From the NCBI GenBank assembly GCA_002297415.1, contig DBKZ01000057.1, positions 33,351-76,583 of the forward strand: 43,233 bases of DNA, read 5' to 3'. Shown one piece after another: positions 1-9,415 of this stretch. Numbering within the stretch: position 1 is the first letter of the stretch; every line of letters starts with the position of its first letter. The DNA is from Ruminococcaceae bacterium UBA737. Its GTDB lineage: Bacteria; Bacillota; Clostridia; Oscillospirales; Acutalibacteraceae. A model generated the notes under the pieces. That model saw only the letters and a list, made by a program, of their open reading frames with translations. It had not been told where the DNA came from and did no database searches. Position numbers and translations under genes: made by a program.

Positions 1-946
1 GTATCTGTCCGTATGACATTCTGTCGGGTCCTAAAATTCCTATTTTACCGCAATGCTTATTATCTGTATAATAATCGGCTACGACAAAAGCTTTATTATA
101 GAGAGCCTTAAAAGGCATATCGCTGCCGAAAACAACATTTGATTTGGAATTCACCGCATCTAACGGGTCGGTTGTGGAAAAAAGCTTCTGAATTTCAACC
201 GCTTCGTTTTCCGGAAACAGATTATATAAGCTTTCCGTTCCGAAAATTTCCGTTCCTGCGCAAAATCCCGAAGCTATCATATCGAAAAGCTCGCTTAAAA
301 CAGGTATCAATGAAATTTCATCGGCATTTAAACACGCTATGAAATTCTGAAGTCCCGCTTTTGAAAATTCCGAAAGCCTTTTATTCTTAAGCTTTTCTTC
401 AAAAAGCTTTCTGTATAAAAGCTCCGTATGGCCCTTATTCCCTGCGGTTATTCTTATAACCCTGCTTATAAATCTTCCGTCAGAAGAAACAGCGATTATC
501 GCCGCGGCTTTTTTCGAAAGCATAAACAGTTTTGAGGTTTTAAGATATGCACTCTCATCGGAAATGAAGGAATATACAGCCGGCAGACCGAATATTCTGT
601 TAAGCGCCTTTGAGGCGGCTGACAAAACAGAGCTTGAATCGCATGCCGTGAAGCTCAGGGCATTATCAAGATACAGCTTGGTTCTTTCGTCTATAACCGA
701 AGCTTGCATTATAGAAGAAACATAAACCTTAAAGCCTAAGCTTGTCGGAACTCTTCCTGCCGAAACATGCGGCTGAAACAACAGCCCCAAGGAGCAAAGC
801 TCATTCATTTCATTTCTGATGGTTGCCGATGACGGCGAATTTTCGATAGCGGACGCCAAAGCCTTAGAGCCGACGGGCTCGCCTGTTAAAACATAAGAAT
901 TTACAACCGCTTCTAAAATTGCCTTTTTCCGCGGTGTCAGCTCCAT
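1..946 (-). CDS. hrcA: Heat-inducible transcription repressor HrcA. Partial: the C-terminus runs off the window start. Absent from the supplied ORF track.
   Basis: Reverse-strand translation from the ATG at 944-946 gives MELTPRKKAILEAVVNSYVLTGEPVGSKALASAIENSPSSATIRNEMNELCSLGLL..., a typical HrcA winged-helix N-terminus. I checked that the frame stays open through the first 60 nt down to position 1. A CIRCE operator lies about 20 nt upstream. Confidence 0.85.
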   Translation of the reverse strand, partial: MELTPRKKAILEAVVNSYVLTGEPVGSKALASAIENSPSSATIRNEMNELCSLGLLFQPHVSAGRVPTSLGFKVYVSSIMQASVIDERTKLYLDNALSFTACDSSSVLSAASKALNRIFGLPAVYSFISDESAYLKTSKLFMLSKKAAAIIAVSSDGRFISRVIRITAGNKGHTELLYRKLFEEKLKNKRLSEFSKAGLQNFIACLNADEISLIPVLSELFDMIASGFCAGTEIFGTESLYNLFPENEAVEIQKLFSTTDPLDAVNSKSNVVFGSDMPFKALYNKAFVVADYYTDNKHCGKIGILGPDRMSYGQI

Positions 947-967
947 AATCTCACCACCGAAATCTTT

Positions 968-994
968 TTAGCACTCTAAGCTTTCGAGTGCCAA
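968..994 (-). promoter_or_regulatory. CIRCE operator (HrcA binding site)
   Basis: TTAGCACTC-N9-GAGTGCCAA differs from the CIRCE consensus TTAGCACTC-N9-GAGTGCTAA at one position. It sits between the predicted -10 box and the hrcA start codon. Confidence 0.85.
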
Positions 995-1001
995 CAATTA
1001 T

Positions 1002-1029
1002 ATTATAGCCTTTGTTTTTCATTTGTCAA
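1002..1029 (-). promoter_or_regulatory. SigA-type promoter for hrcA
   Basis: On the minus strand: TTGACA (1029-1024), a 16-nt spacer, then TATAAT (1007-1002). A second overlapping TATAAT lies at 1002-997. CIRCE follows immediately downstream. Confidence 0.5.
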
Positions 1030-1086
1030 CACTTTTTTGAAAAATATTTTTGACTTTCTTTGACTTTTACAATTTGTTAATAATTT

Positions 1087-1134
1087 CAAAAAAATCGCTC
1101 CCCTGTATTCCGAACAAACGGAATACAGGGGAGC
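1087..1134 (-). terminator. Rho-independent terminator downstream of the phosphoribosyltransferase gene
   Basis: A perfect 16-bp stem, GCTCCCCTGTATTCCG / CGGAATACAGGGGAGC (1097-1112 / 1119-1134), with a 6-nt loop. On the minus strand it is followed by GATTTTTTTG. A weaker T-run also follows on the plus strand. Confidence 0.75.
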
Positions 1135-1164
1135 ATAATTTTTATTTCATTTTTTTATTTCATT

Positions 1165-1704
1165 TTACTTAAAGAAAAGCGGGAGCTTTTCAAGGAAAAT
1201 AATATCCTTTCTGTCCGCCGCGTCTCCCTCAGCGAGGAAAGCGCATGCTGCGGCTTCTGTTCCGCCTGCCTCCTTAACAAGCTCTCTTACCGCCGCCAAG
1301 GATTCACCCGTCGAAATAACATCGTCGATTATAAGCACTCTTTTGCCCTTAATAAGCGCGGTTTCAGACTCGCCTAAGAAAAGGTGCTGTTCATGCTGAG
1401 TTGTAATAGAGGTTACATTGACCTCTAACGGATTTCTCATATAAACCTTTAAGCCTTTTCTTGCGATAATATAAGGCTTATTTGTCTGTCTTGCCATTTC
1501 ATAGGCAATAGGAATGCTCTTAGCCTCAGGAGTTAATATAACATCAAACTCAGGCAGTTTTTTTCTTAATTCCTCGCAGCCTTTAACAGTAAGCTCGACA
1601 TCGCCGAAAATTATAAAAGCGGCGATATCCATTTTTTCATTTACAGGAAACTTTTCAAGCTTTCTTTCAAGCCCAGCGATTTTCATAGTATAATACTCTG
1701 ACAT
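1165..1704 (-). CDS. Purine (adenine/xanthine-type) phosphoribosyltransferase family protein
   Basis: 179-aa ORF with the PRPP-binding motif VLIIDDVISTGES. A GGGAGAG ribosome-binding site lies upstream of the ATG. Confidence 0.8.
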   Translation of the reverse strand: MSEYYTMKIAGLERKLEKFPVNEKMDIAAFIIFGDVELTVKGCEELRKKLPEFDVILTPEAKSIPIAYEMARQTNKPYIIARKGLKVYMRNPLEVNVTSITTQHEQHLFLGESETALIKGKRVLIIDDVISTGESLAAVRELVKEAGGTEAAACAFLAEGDAADRKDIIFLEKLPLFFK

Positions 1705-1726
1705 TTTTATCTCTCCCGATTATATT

Positions 1727-2068
1727 TCAGCCCGGAGGCCAAGCAAGATTTCTGCGCGCAAGCAGGTGAAAATGGATATGGTGAACGGTCTGTCCGCCGT
1801 CCTCGCCGCAGTTATTTACAACGCGGTAGCCCTTTTCGAGATTTTCCTGCTTTGAAATTTTAGCAATAGCCTCAAAAACCCTTGCGACGGCTTCGCTGTT
1901 TGATGAATTTATCTCATCAGCCGAGCCGATATGCTTTTTGGGAATTACTATCGCATGAAAGGGCGCCTTAGGGTCGATATCCTTAAAGGCATAGACAAAT
2001 TCGTCCTCATAAATCTTCGTGCTTGGAATTTCGCCTTTTACTATTTTACAAAATAAACAGTCTTCCAT
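1727..2068 (-). CDS. HIT (histidine triad) family nucleotide hydrolase
   Basis: 113-aa ORF with the histidine triad HHIHFHLL and N-terminal CLFCKIVKGEIP. Its start overlaps the alaS stop by 1 nt (TAATG). Confidence 0.9.
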   Translation of the reverse strand: MEDCLFCKIVKGEIPSTKIYEDEFVYAFKDIDPKAPFHAIVIPKKHIGSADEINSSNSEAVARVFEAIAKISKQENLEKGYRVVNNCGEDGGQTVHHIHFHLLARRNLAWPPG

Positions 2069-4698
2069 TAACGGTTCACCTCTGTCTGAGCGGCTATTAT
2101 TCCGACCGCTTTTTCCATTGCCTCGTCAAGCTTTGTAACATCTTTTCCGCCTGCCATTGCAAGATCGGGCTTTCCGCCGCCGTTACCGCCTGCAATTTTT
2201 GCGATTTCACGAACCGCATTTCCTGCATGCGCTCCCTGCTTTACAGCCGCTTTGCCGCAGCCTACGCAGAATGTAATCTTATCTCCGCTTACGCTTGCGA
2301 ATACCGCTACTGTATCTTCATTATCGGCCTTAACCGTATCCGCCATTTTCTTAAGCTCATCGGCATTTGCGTTAAGCACTGCCGTTGCAACCTTTAAATT
2401 ATTAACCGCAACCGTATTTTTAAGAATATCGTTAAGCTTACCCGACGCTATTTTGGCCTCAAGGCTTTCAACCTTCTTCTCGGTCTCTTTAAGTGCGGCT
2501 GTCAGCTGAGCCGCCTTCTGAGGAACATCAGCGGTATTATTGCACTTTAAGACTTCGGCGGTTTTTAAAAGCGAATTTTTATATCCCTCAATAAGCTTTA
2601 AAACCTCAAAACCGGTTACTGCCTCAATTCGTCTTACTCCTGCGGCAACGCTTGCCTCGGAAACAATTTTGAAAAGTCCGAGCTTAGCCGTATTCGCGGC
2701 ATGAGTTCCTCCGCAAAGCTCTACAGAGCGTCCGGGGATATTTACTACTCTTACGATATTTCCGTATTTCTCGCCGAAGAGCGCCATAGCGCCTAATTTC
2801 TTAGCCTCTTCTATAGGCATTTCGGTGTTTTCAATATCTATTCCGTCAAGAATTGCTTTGTTTACAAACTCCTCGACCTGCGCCGTTTCTTCTGCGGAAA
2901 GCGCCGAGAAATGTGTGAAATCGAAACGGACCGCAAATTCGTTTACAAGCTGACCCGCCTGCTCGACATGAGTGCCTAAAACCTTTCTTAAAGCCGCCTG
3001 CAAAAGATGCGCCGCAGTATGATTGCGCCTTATTGCCTCGCGCCTTGCGGTGTTAATCTCCGCAATAACAGTATCGCCAACACTGAGAGTTCCGTTATCT
3101 AAAGCTCCGAAGTGTGTAAACACTCCGCCTGCGGTCTTTTTGGTATCGCTTACGGTAAACATTTTATCCTTGCCGACAAGCGCGCCGTTATCGCCGACCT
3201 GACCGCCCGACTCGCCGTAGAAAACAGTTCTGTCAAGCACGACTATCGCCTTTTGTCCCGCCGTTATGCTCTCGGTATGCTCGCCGTCGCAAACAATATC
3301 CAAAACCTTTGCGGAGCAGTTATTTTCGGTATATCCCAAAAAGTCGGTTTTTGAGACATCGTCAAAGGTAATGCCGTCGCTCTTCCAGCTTTCGGCGTCT
3401 GCCGCTTTTCTCGATGTTCTCGCAAGCTCGCGCTGTTTTTCCATAAGCTCGGTAAACCTTTTCTCGTCCACCGTCATATTCTTTTCCGAAAGAATATCCT
3501 TAGTAAGGTCAAGCGGGAAACCGAAGGTGTCATAAAGCCTGAATGCGTCATCACCCGAAAGCACTCCGCCCTCTTTTATAAGAGAATTAAGCAGGTTAAG
3601 ACCCTGATCAATCGTTTTATTGAAATTCGACTCCTCGTTTGAAATAACCTTTTTTATAAGCTGTTCCTTTTCGACAAGCTCGGGATAGCCTGCCTTGTTT
3701 TCGGCGATTACCGCGTCGCAAAGTCCGCAAAGGAAGGGCTTATCAATTCCAATAAGCTTTCCGTGACGGGCGGCTCTTCTTATGAGCCTTCTAAGAACAT
3801 ATCCTCTTCCCTCGTTTGAAGGAATTATTCCGTCGCTTATCATAAATACGGATGCTCTTATATGGTCTGTTATAGCCCTTATTGAAATATCGGCCTTTTC
3901 GTCCTCACCGTAGACCTTGCCTGACAGCTTGCAGACCTCATTTAAAATATTTCTTATTGTATCGACCTCGAACATATTGTCGACGCCCTGCATAACGCAC
4001 GCAAGTCTTTCAAGACCCATACCTGTATCAATATTCTTATGCTCAAGCTCGGTATAAGTGCCGTCTCCCATATTATTGAACTGAGAGAAAACATTGTTCC
4101 ATATTTCCATATAACGGTCGCAGTCGCACCCGGGTTTACAATCGGGGCTTGTGCAGCCGTATTTCTCGCCGCGGTCAAAATATATTTCACTGCACGGACC
4201 GCACGGACCTGTTCCGTGCTCCCAGAAGTTGTCCTCTTTTCCGAGTCTTACGATATGGCTTTCATCAACGCCTATCTTATCTCTCCAGATAGCATAAGCC
4301 TCATCGTCCTCCTCATAAACAGAGGGCCATAAAAGCTCTTTGGGTATTTCAAGAGTTTCGGTTAAAAACTCCCATGCCCATTCTATTGCCTGCTCCTTAA
4401 AATAATCTCCGAAAGAGAAATTTCCGAGCATTTCAAAATATGTACCGTGGCGCGCGGTATGACCGACGCGCTCAAGGTCGGGCGTTCTGATACATTTCTG
4501 ACAGGTGGTTACCCTCTTTGACGGGGGAACAACCTCTCCTGTAAAATACTTTTTCATCGGTGCCATACCCGAATTGATAAGAAGAAGAGACTTATCATTA
4601 TTCGGCACCAAAGAAAAGCTTCCGAGCCTTAAATGTCCCTTTGACTCAAAAAAGGACAGATATTTTTCTCTTAAATCGTTAAGCGAAGTCCATTTCAT
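2068..4698 (-). CDS. alaS: Alanine--tRNA ligase
   Basis: 876-aa ORF. It has the N-terminus MKWTSLNDLREKYLSFFESKGH, the editing-domain zinc motifs HTAAHLL and CGGTH, and is full length for bacterial AlaRS. Confidence 0.97.
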   Translation of the reverse strand: MKWTSLNDLREKYLSFFESKGHLRLGSFSLVPNNDKSLLLINSGMAPMKKYFTGEVVPPSKRVTTCQKCIRTPDLERVGHTARHGTYFEMLGNFSFGDYFKEQAIEWAWEFLTETLEIPKELLWPSVYEEDDEAYAIWRDKIGVDESHIVRLGKEDNFWEHGTGPCGPCSEIYFDRGEKYGCTSPDCKPGCDCDRYMEIWNNVFSQFNNMGDGTYTELEHKNIDTGMGLERLACVMQGVDNMFEVDTIRNILNEVCKLSGKVYGEDEKADISIRAITDHIRASVFMISDGIIPSNEGRGYVLRRLIRRAARHGKLIGIDKPFLCGLCDAVIAENKAGYPELVEKEQLIKKVISNEESNFNKTIDQGLNLLNSLIKEGGVLSGDDAFRLYDTFGFPLDLTKDILSEKNMTVDEKRFTELMEKQRELARTSRKAADAESWKSDGITFDDVSKTDFLGYTENNCSAKVLDIVCDGEHTESITAGQKAIVVLDRTVFYGESGGQVGDNGALVGKDKMFTVSDTKKTAGGVFTHFGALDNGTLSVGDTVIAEINTARREAIRRNHTAAHLLQAALRKVLGTHVEQAGQLVNEFAVRFDFTHFSALSAEETAQVEEFVNKAILDGIDIENTEMPIEEAKKLGAMALFGEKYGNIVRVVNIPGRSVELCGGTHAANTAKLGLFKIVSEASVAAGVRRIEAVTGFEVLKLIEGYKNSLLKTAEVLKCNNTADVPQKAAQLTAALKETEKKVESLEAKIASGKLNDILKNTVAVNNLKVATAVLNANADELKKMADTVKADNEDTVAVFASVSGDKITFCVGCGKAAVKQGAHAGNAVREIAKIAGGNGGGKPDLAMAGGKDVTKLDEAMEKAVGIIAAQTEVNR

Positions 4699-4767
4699 TT
4701 TTTATGACCGTTCCTTTCCGCTTCGGTTGCCGCAAAATCGGCAGATAAACCTTTAAAACACCTACTA

Positions 4768-4796
4768 ATTATATACATTCTTATTGCTTTTGTCAA
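4768..4796 (-). promoter_or_regulatory. SigA-type promoter for alaS
   Basis: On the minus strand: TTGACA (4796-4791), a 17-nt spacer, then TATAAT (4773-4768). It lies about 70 nt upstream of the alaS ATG. Confidence 0.55.
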
Positions 4797-4812
4797 TGCC
4801 GCGGACAATAAT

Positions 4813-6555
4813 TCAGCTTTCGAACTGACTGTTATAAAGATTATAGTAAAACCCTTTCTTTTTAAGCAGCTGTTCGTGATTTCCGGTTTCGATAATATTT
4901 CCGTCCTTCATAACTAAAATTATATCGGCTTCTCTTATTGTCGAAAGCCTGTGAGCGACAATAAAGCTTGTTCTTCCCTGCATCATTTTATTAAACGCGC
5001 TCTGAATTCTAAGCTCGGTACGGGTATCTATTGACGAGGTCGCCTCGTCTAAAATCAGCATGGGCGGAATGCAGAGCATAACCCTTGCAATGCTTATCAG
5101 CTGCCTTTGCCCCAACGACAGCGAGCCCTCGTCCGAAATCACGGTGTCATATCCGTTTTTAAGCCTTGTTATAAACCCGTGGGCATGGGCGGCTTTGGCG
5201 GCGGCAATTATTTCTTCCTTTGAAGCTTCCGTGTTTCCTACCGAAATATTTTCATAAACCGTGCCGTTTTTAATAAATGTATCCTGCAAAACAAGACCGA
5301 AGTTTTTTCTTAATGATTTTCTTGTAACATCTTTTGTGTTAACACCGTCAACATAAATTGCGCCGCTGTCAACATCATAAAACCGCATAAGAAGGTTTAT
5401 AACGGTTGTTTTTCCGCAGCCCGTGGGACCGACAATCGCTACCCTGCTTCCCTTTTTCACGCTTAAATTGAAATCCTTTATAAGCGGCTTTTCAGGGCTG
5501 TAAGAAAAGCTGACATCTTTAATTTCGACATCGCCCCTGACCTCGCCGAGCTCAAGGCTTTTGCTATCATCGGGAATACTTTCGGCATCAAGAAAATCAA
5601 AAACTCTGTTTGCGCAGGCAATGGCGTTTTGCAACTCGGTTATAACTCCCGAAATTTCATTAAAGGGCTTTGTATACTGATTTGCATAGTTTAAAAAGCT
5701 TGAGAGAATTCCGACTGTTATACTGCTTCCGCCAAGAACCCCTATTACCGACAGCGCACCGAAAGCGCCTACGGCGGCATAGACAAAGTTATTTATAAGT
5801 CTTGTCGAGGGGTTTACAAGCGAGGAAAAGAATATCGCTTTAACCGAGGCTTTTTTAAGATCGTCGCTTACGGCATTATACCTTTCAAGCATTTTATCCT
5901 CATATCCGAAAGCCTTTAAAACCTTTGCTCCGGTTACGGTTTCTTCAATAACCGTCGTCTGCTTTCCCCTTAAAATCGACTGATTGTTAAACATCGAATA
6001 GGTCTTGCCCGAAATAAATTTTGCGACAAAAAGCGAAACGGGGGTTATCACAACAACCGCAAGCGCAATATAAAAATTCAGTGCAAACATAAATATCAGC
6101 GTGCCGAGTATCGTCATGACGCCTGTAAAGAACTGTGTAAAGCCCATTAAAAGACCGTCGGCAAAGGTGTCAATATCAGAAATCATTCTGTTTACGATAT
6201 CGCCGTGAGGATGAGAGTCTATATAAGAAACGGGAAGCTTCTGAAGCTTACCAAACACCGTTTCCCTCATTCTTTTAACTGTTTTAAAGGTTATCTTATT
6301 ATTGAAGGTTGACATAAGCCACTGGAACGCGGCATTTAAAACAACACAAAGGCAAGCCTTTAAAAGATATCCTTTAAGGCTTATAAAATCGACCTCGCCT
6401 TTTTTTACAATGCAGTCTATCGCCCTGCCGATAAGGATAGGAAAATAAAGCGTAAGCCCTACCGTAACAAGAGACAGCACCGCCGAAAAGACAATATATT
6501 TAATATCCGGCTTAATAAATACGGCAATTCTCTTTAAAGAAGAAGGCTTTTTCAT
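4813..6555 (-). CDS. ABC exporter, fused permease/ATPase subunit carrying the consensus ATPase site of a heterodimer
   Basis: 580 aa with an N-terminal 6-TM domain. Walker A is GPTGCGKTT, Walker B is MLILDE with the catalytic Glu, and the H-loop is VAHRLST. The signature motif LSLGQ is non-canonical. Confidence 0.9.
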   Translation of the reverse strand: MKKPSSLKRIAVFIKPDIKYIVFSAVLSLVTVGLTLYFPILIGRAIDCIVKKGEVDFISLKGYLLKACLCVVLNAAFQWLMSTFNNKITFKTVKRMRETVFGKLQKLPVSYIDSHPHGDIVNRMISDIDTFADGLLMGFTQFFTGVMTILGTLIFMFALNFYIALAVVVITPVSLFVAKFISGKTYSMFNNQSILRGKQTTVIEETVTGAKVLKAFGYEDKMLERYNAVSDDLKKASVKAIFFSSLVNPSTRLINNFVYAAVGAFGALSVIGVLGGSSITVGILSSFLNYANQYTKPFNEISGVITELQNAIACANRVFDFLDAESIPDDSKSLELGEVRGDVEIKDVSFSYSPEKPLIKDFNLSVKKGSRVAIVGPTGCGKTTVINLLMRFYDVDSGAIYVDGVNTKDVTRKSLRKNFGLVLQDTFIKNGTVYENISVGNTEASKEEIIAAAKAAHAHGFITRLKNGYDTVISDEGSLSLGQRQLISIARVMLCIPPMLILDEATSSIDTRTELRIQSAFNKMMQGRTSFIVAHRLSTIREADIILVMKDGNIIETGNHEQLLKKKGFYYNLYNSQFES

Positions 6556-8273
6556 TTTTCGTCCTCCTTTTTAAACTGTGAATCGTAAATTTCTTTGTAT
6601 TCGCCGCAATTTTCAAGCAGATAATCATGACTGCCCATTCCTACGCACTTTCCGTCGTCAAGCACGATTATTTTATCGCAGTCCTTTATACTTGATGTAC
6701 GCTGGGAAACAATAAAAACAGTAGTTTTGAAATCAAGTGCGGAAATTGCCTTACGGAGCTTTAAATCCGTCGCAAAATCAAGAGCGCTCGCGGAATCGTC
6801 AAGGATTAAAACCTCGGGCTTTTTAACCAAGGCTCTTGCAATCGTAAGCCTTTGGCGCTGTCCGCCCGAAAAGTTTTTTCCGCCCTGCTCGACCTTAAAA
6901 TCAAGTCCCTTTTCATTCACAAAATCTATTGCCTGAGCGGCTGTAAGAGCGTATTTGATATCCTCATCGCTTGCATATCGGTTACCGATAAGCATATTAT
7001 CTCTTATAGTGCCTGCAAAGAGCATTGCTTTTTGCGGAACCGTTCCGATTTTCCTGCAAAGCTCGTCCTTAGGATAAGAATTTACATTCTCGCCGTTTAA
7101 CAAAACCTCGCCCGAGGTTGCGTCATAAAATCTCGGAATTAAGCTTACAAGGCTTGACTTTCCGCTGCCCGTAGCCCCGATAATTCCTATCTTTTCTCCC
7201 CTTTTCGCACAAAAGCTTATTCCGCTTAGGCTGTTTGCGGAATCGGGCGAATATTTAAGGCTGACATTTTTGAATTCAACGGCATTTTCGCTTATTTTAT
7301 CGCCTACAGGTTCTTTTTCAAAGCTCTGAGAAACAGGCATATTTATTATACTTTCAATTCTGTTTTCGCATGCCGCGGACTTTGTCATAGTTATAATTAG
7401 GTTAGCAAGCTTTATAAGCTCAACCAAAATTAAAAGCATATAATTATAAAGAGATACTACCTGACCCTGAGTGAGCGCTCCGCTGTTTACCCTGAAAGCG
7501 CCTATATAAATCAGCGCCGCAACGGCAAAATTTATCAGCACATAGGTAAGCGGATTCATAAGCGCGGAAATTTTTCCGACAAGGGTCTGTCTGTTAAAAA
7601 GCAGCTCGGTTTTATCCCTGAATTCTTCCGCTTCCCTATCCTGATTATTAAAAGCTCTTATTACTCTTACACCCTTAAGATTTTCAAGCGAAGAAGAGGT
7701 AAGCCCGTCGAGAGCGGATTGCACCTTTTTATAAAGAGGAATGCAGATAAGCATTATTCCGAATACAACTATACTTAAAAGCGGAATAACCACCGCAAAG
7801 GTAACCGCGGCTTTAGCGTCGACAGTGAAAGCCATTATCATTGCCCCGAAAACGATAAACGGGGAACGGATAAAAAGCCTTAAGGTAAGGTTAATTCCCG
7901 TAAGCACCTGATTTGCGTCGCTTGTAAGTCGGGTGATAAGCGAGGAAGTACCGATATTATCAATATCGGAATAGGAAAAGGACTGAATTTTTTCGAACAT
8001 ATCCCTCTTTATTCCGTCTACAATTCTGACGCTCGCCGCCGCCGAAAAATACTGCGCGCATACAGTTGCGGCAAAGCCTAAAATTCCTAAGATTATAAGA
8101 ATTCCCGCCATTTTAAGAATATATCCCGTGTTATTCTGCTTAATACCGACATCAATAATTTTACTCATAACAAGCGGAACGCAAAGCTCAAAGGTTGCTT
8201 CAAGTGCCTTAAAGGCAGGTCCGCAGATACAGTAAGCCTTATTCTCGGCTGCATGTTTAAATAATACTTTCAT
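6552..8273 (-). CDS. ABC exporter, fused permease/ATPase subunit carrying the degenerate ATPase site of a heterodimer
   Basis: 573 aa. Walker A is GATGSGKSS and the signature is FSGGQ. Walker B is LILDD, with Asp replacing the catalytic Glu. The H-loop is VSQRTSS, with His replaced by Gln. There is a 4-nt overlap with the downstream partner. Confidence 0.9.
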   Translation of the reverse strand: MKVLFKHAAENKAYCICGPAFKALEATFELCVPLVMSKIIDVGIKQNNTGYILKMAGILIILGILGFAATVCAQYFSAAASVRIVDGIKRDMFEKIQSFSYSDIDNIGTSSLITRLTSDANQVLTGINLTLRLFIRSPFIVFGAMIMAFTVDAKAAVTFAVVIPLLSIVVFGIMLICIPLYKKVQSALDGLTSSSLENLKGVRVIRAFNNQDREAEEFRDKTELLFNRQTLVGKISALMNPLTYVLINFAVAALIYIGAFRVNSGALTQGQVVSLYNYMLLILVELIKLANLIITMTKSAACENRIESIINMPVSQSFEKEPVGDKISENAVEFKNVSLKYSPDSANSLSGISFCAKRGEKIGIIGATGSGKSSLVSLIPRFYDATSGEVLLNGENVNSYPKDELCRKIGTVPQKAMLFAGTIRDNMLIGNRYASDEDIKYALTAAQAIDFVNEKGLDFKVEQGGKNFSGGQRQRLTIARALVKKPEVLILDDSASALDFATDLKLRKAISALDFKTTVFIVSQRTSSIKDCDKIIVLDDGKCVGMGSHDYLLENCGEYKEIYDSQFKKEDEK

Positions 8274-8288
8274 AAATTACCCCGAAAA

Positions 8289-9359
8289 TTAAATAATAAT
8301 AAGCTCTTTTTTACTCTTTGTTATATCAAAGCAACCGTTATCGGTAACAAAAACCGTGTCCTCTATTCTTACCCCGAATTTATCCTCAATATAAATCCCG
8401 GGTTCAACAGTCACGGCATTTCCCGTTTCAAGCTCGCTGAGACTTTTAGGCGAAAGCGTCGGGAACTCGTGAATTTCAATTCCGAGGCTGTGTCCGAGAG
8501 CATGTCCGAAGCAGTTTTTATATCCCGCGTTTTCTATAATATCCCTTGCCACCTTATCAATATCCGAGCAGACCGCTCCTGCTTTTATTTCTCTTAAAGC
8601 GGCAAGCTGTGCCGAAAGCACGGTATTATAAACCTGTTTCATTTCATCCGTCGCATAGCCCACGGCGACCGTTCTTGTCATATCGGAATGATATCCGTTC
8701 ACAACGGCGCCGAAATCCATGGTGACAAAATCGCCGTTTTCTATTTTTTTATTTGTAGGCACTCCGTGCGGCAAAGAAGAGTTTTTGCCTGAAACCACGA
8801 TAAAATCAAAGGAGACTCCCTCGCTTCCGTGCTTTCTTATATAAAACTCCATATCGAGCATTATTTCTTTTTCTGTTTTACCGACCTTAATTCTGTCAAT
8901 AATATAATTAAAGGTATCGTCGGTAAGCTTCTGAGCGAGGATAATATTTTCCTGTTCTTCCTTTGATTTTACGGCGCGCATCTGATTTAACAAAGCGTCA
9001 AATCTGTCGCTGTCGCAGATATCGAATTCCGTAAAATATCCTTTAAAAGCCCTGAACTCATTGACAGAGGTATGATTCGCTTCTAAATAAACCGTTTTTA
9101 CATTCTGCTTAAAAAGCATTTCCTTTATTTGCGAATAAAGCTTAACGGTCATTTCGGTCTCGCATACGCTTATCGCCTTTTTTGCCTTTTCGAAATAGCG
9201 AAAATCAATAAAGAATTTCGCAAGCTTTTTTGTTATAACAAGAGTTCCCGTATCAGACTGATAGCCGGTAAGATAGAAACGGTTTGCGTCAGAGGTTATA
9301 ATAACCGCTTCATTTTGAGTTAAAATATTCTGTATAACGCTTAGTCTGTCTTTTTGCAT
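8289..9359 (-). CDS. M24 family Xaa-Pro aminopeptidase/dipeptidase
   Basis: 356 aa. The pita-bread-fold metal-ligand context is present: DFGAVVNGYHSDMTRT, GHSLGIEIHE and VEPGIY...RIED. Confidence 0.85.
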   Translation of the reverse strand: MQKDRLSVIQNILTQNEAVIITSDANRFYLTGYQSDTGTLVITKKLAKFFIDFRYFEKAKKAISVCETEMTVKLYSQIKEMLFKQNVKTVYLEANHTSVNEFRAFKGYFTEFDICDSDRFDALLNQMRAVKSKEEQENIILAQKLTDDTFNYIIDRIKVGKTEKEIMLDMEFYIRKHGSEGVSFDFIVVSGKNSSLPHGVPTNKKIENGDFVTMDFGAVVNGYHSDMTRTVAVGYATDEMKQVYNTVLSAQLAALREIKAGAVCSDIDKVARDIIENAGYKNCFGHALGHSLGIEIHEFPTLSPKSLSELETGNAVTVEPGIYIEDKFGVRIEDTVFVTDNGCFDITKSKKELIII

Positions 9360-9415
9360 AAGTGACGCACCTCTTGAATTATTAAATAATATGTGTTAAA
9401 ATAGCCCCAAAGGGG

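Noticed and set aside
139-342. A 67-aa plus-strand ORF, the only ORF the track lists in 1-950.
   Set aside because: It lies antisense inside a much better reading frame, the minus-strand HrcA N-terminus with a CIRCE operator upstream. It is a shadow ORF.
2023-4756. Multiple 60-125-aa plus- and minus-strand ORFs nested inside alaS. Similar nested ORFs occur inside dnaE, pfkA, murB, asnB, glnA, dnaG, rpoD and sigG (for example 13443-13943, 11014-11493, 17118-17543, 35395-35826 and 42891-43166).
   Set aside because: All lie antisense or out of frame within long, clearly recognisable conserved genes. They have low-complexity or hydrophobic junk translations and no ribosome-binding site. They are typical shadow ORFs.
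4699-4812. A possible T-box leader upstream of alaS, which is common for aminoacyl-tRNA synthetase genes in Firmicutes.
   Set aside because: The whole intergenic region is only 114 nt, and a consensus promoter leaves a leader of about 70 nt. I could find no T-box sequence or terminator/antiterminator pair.
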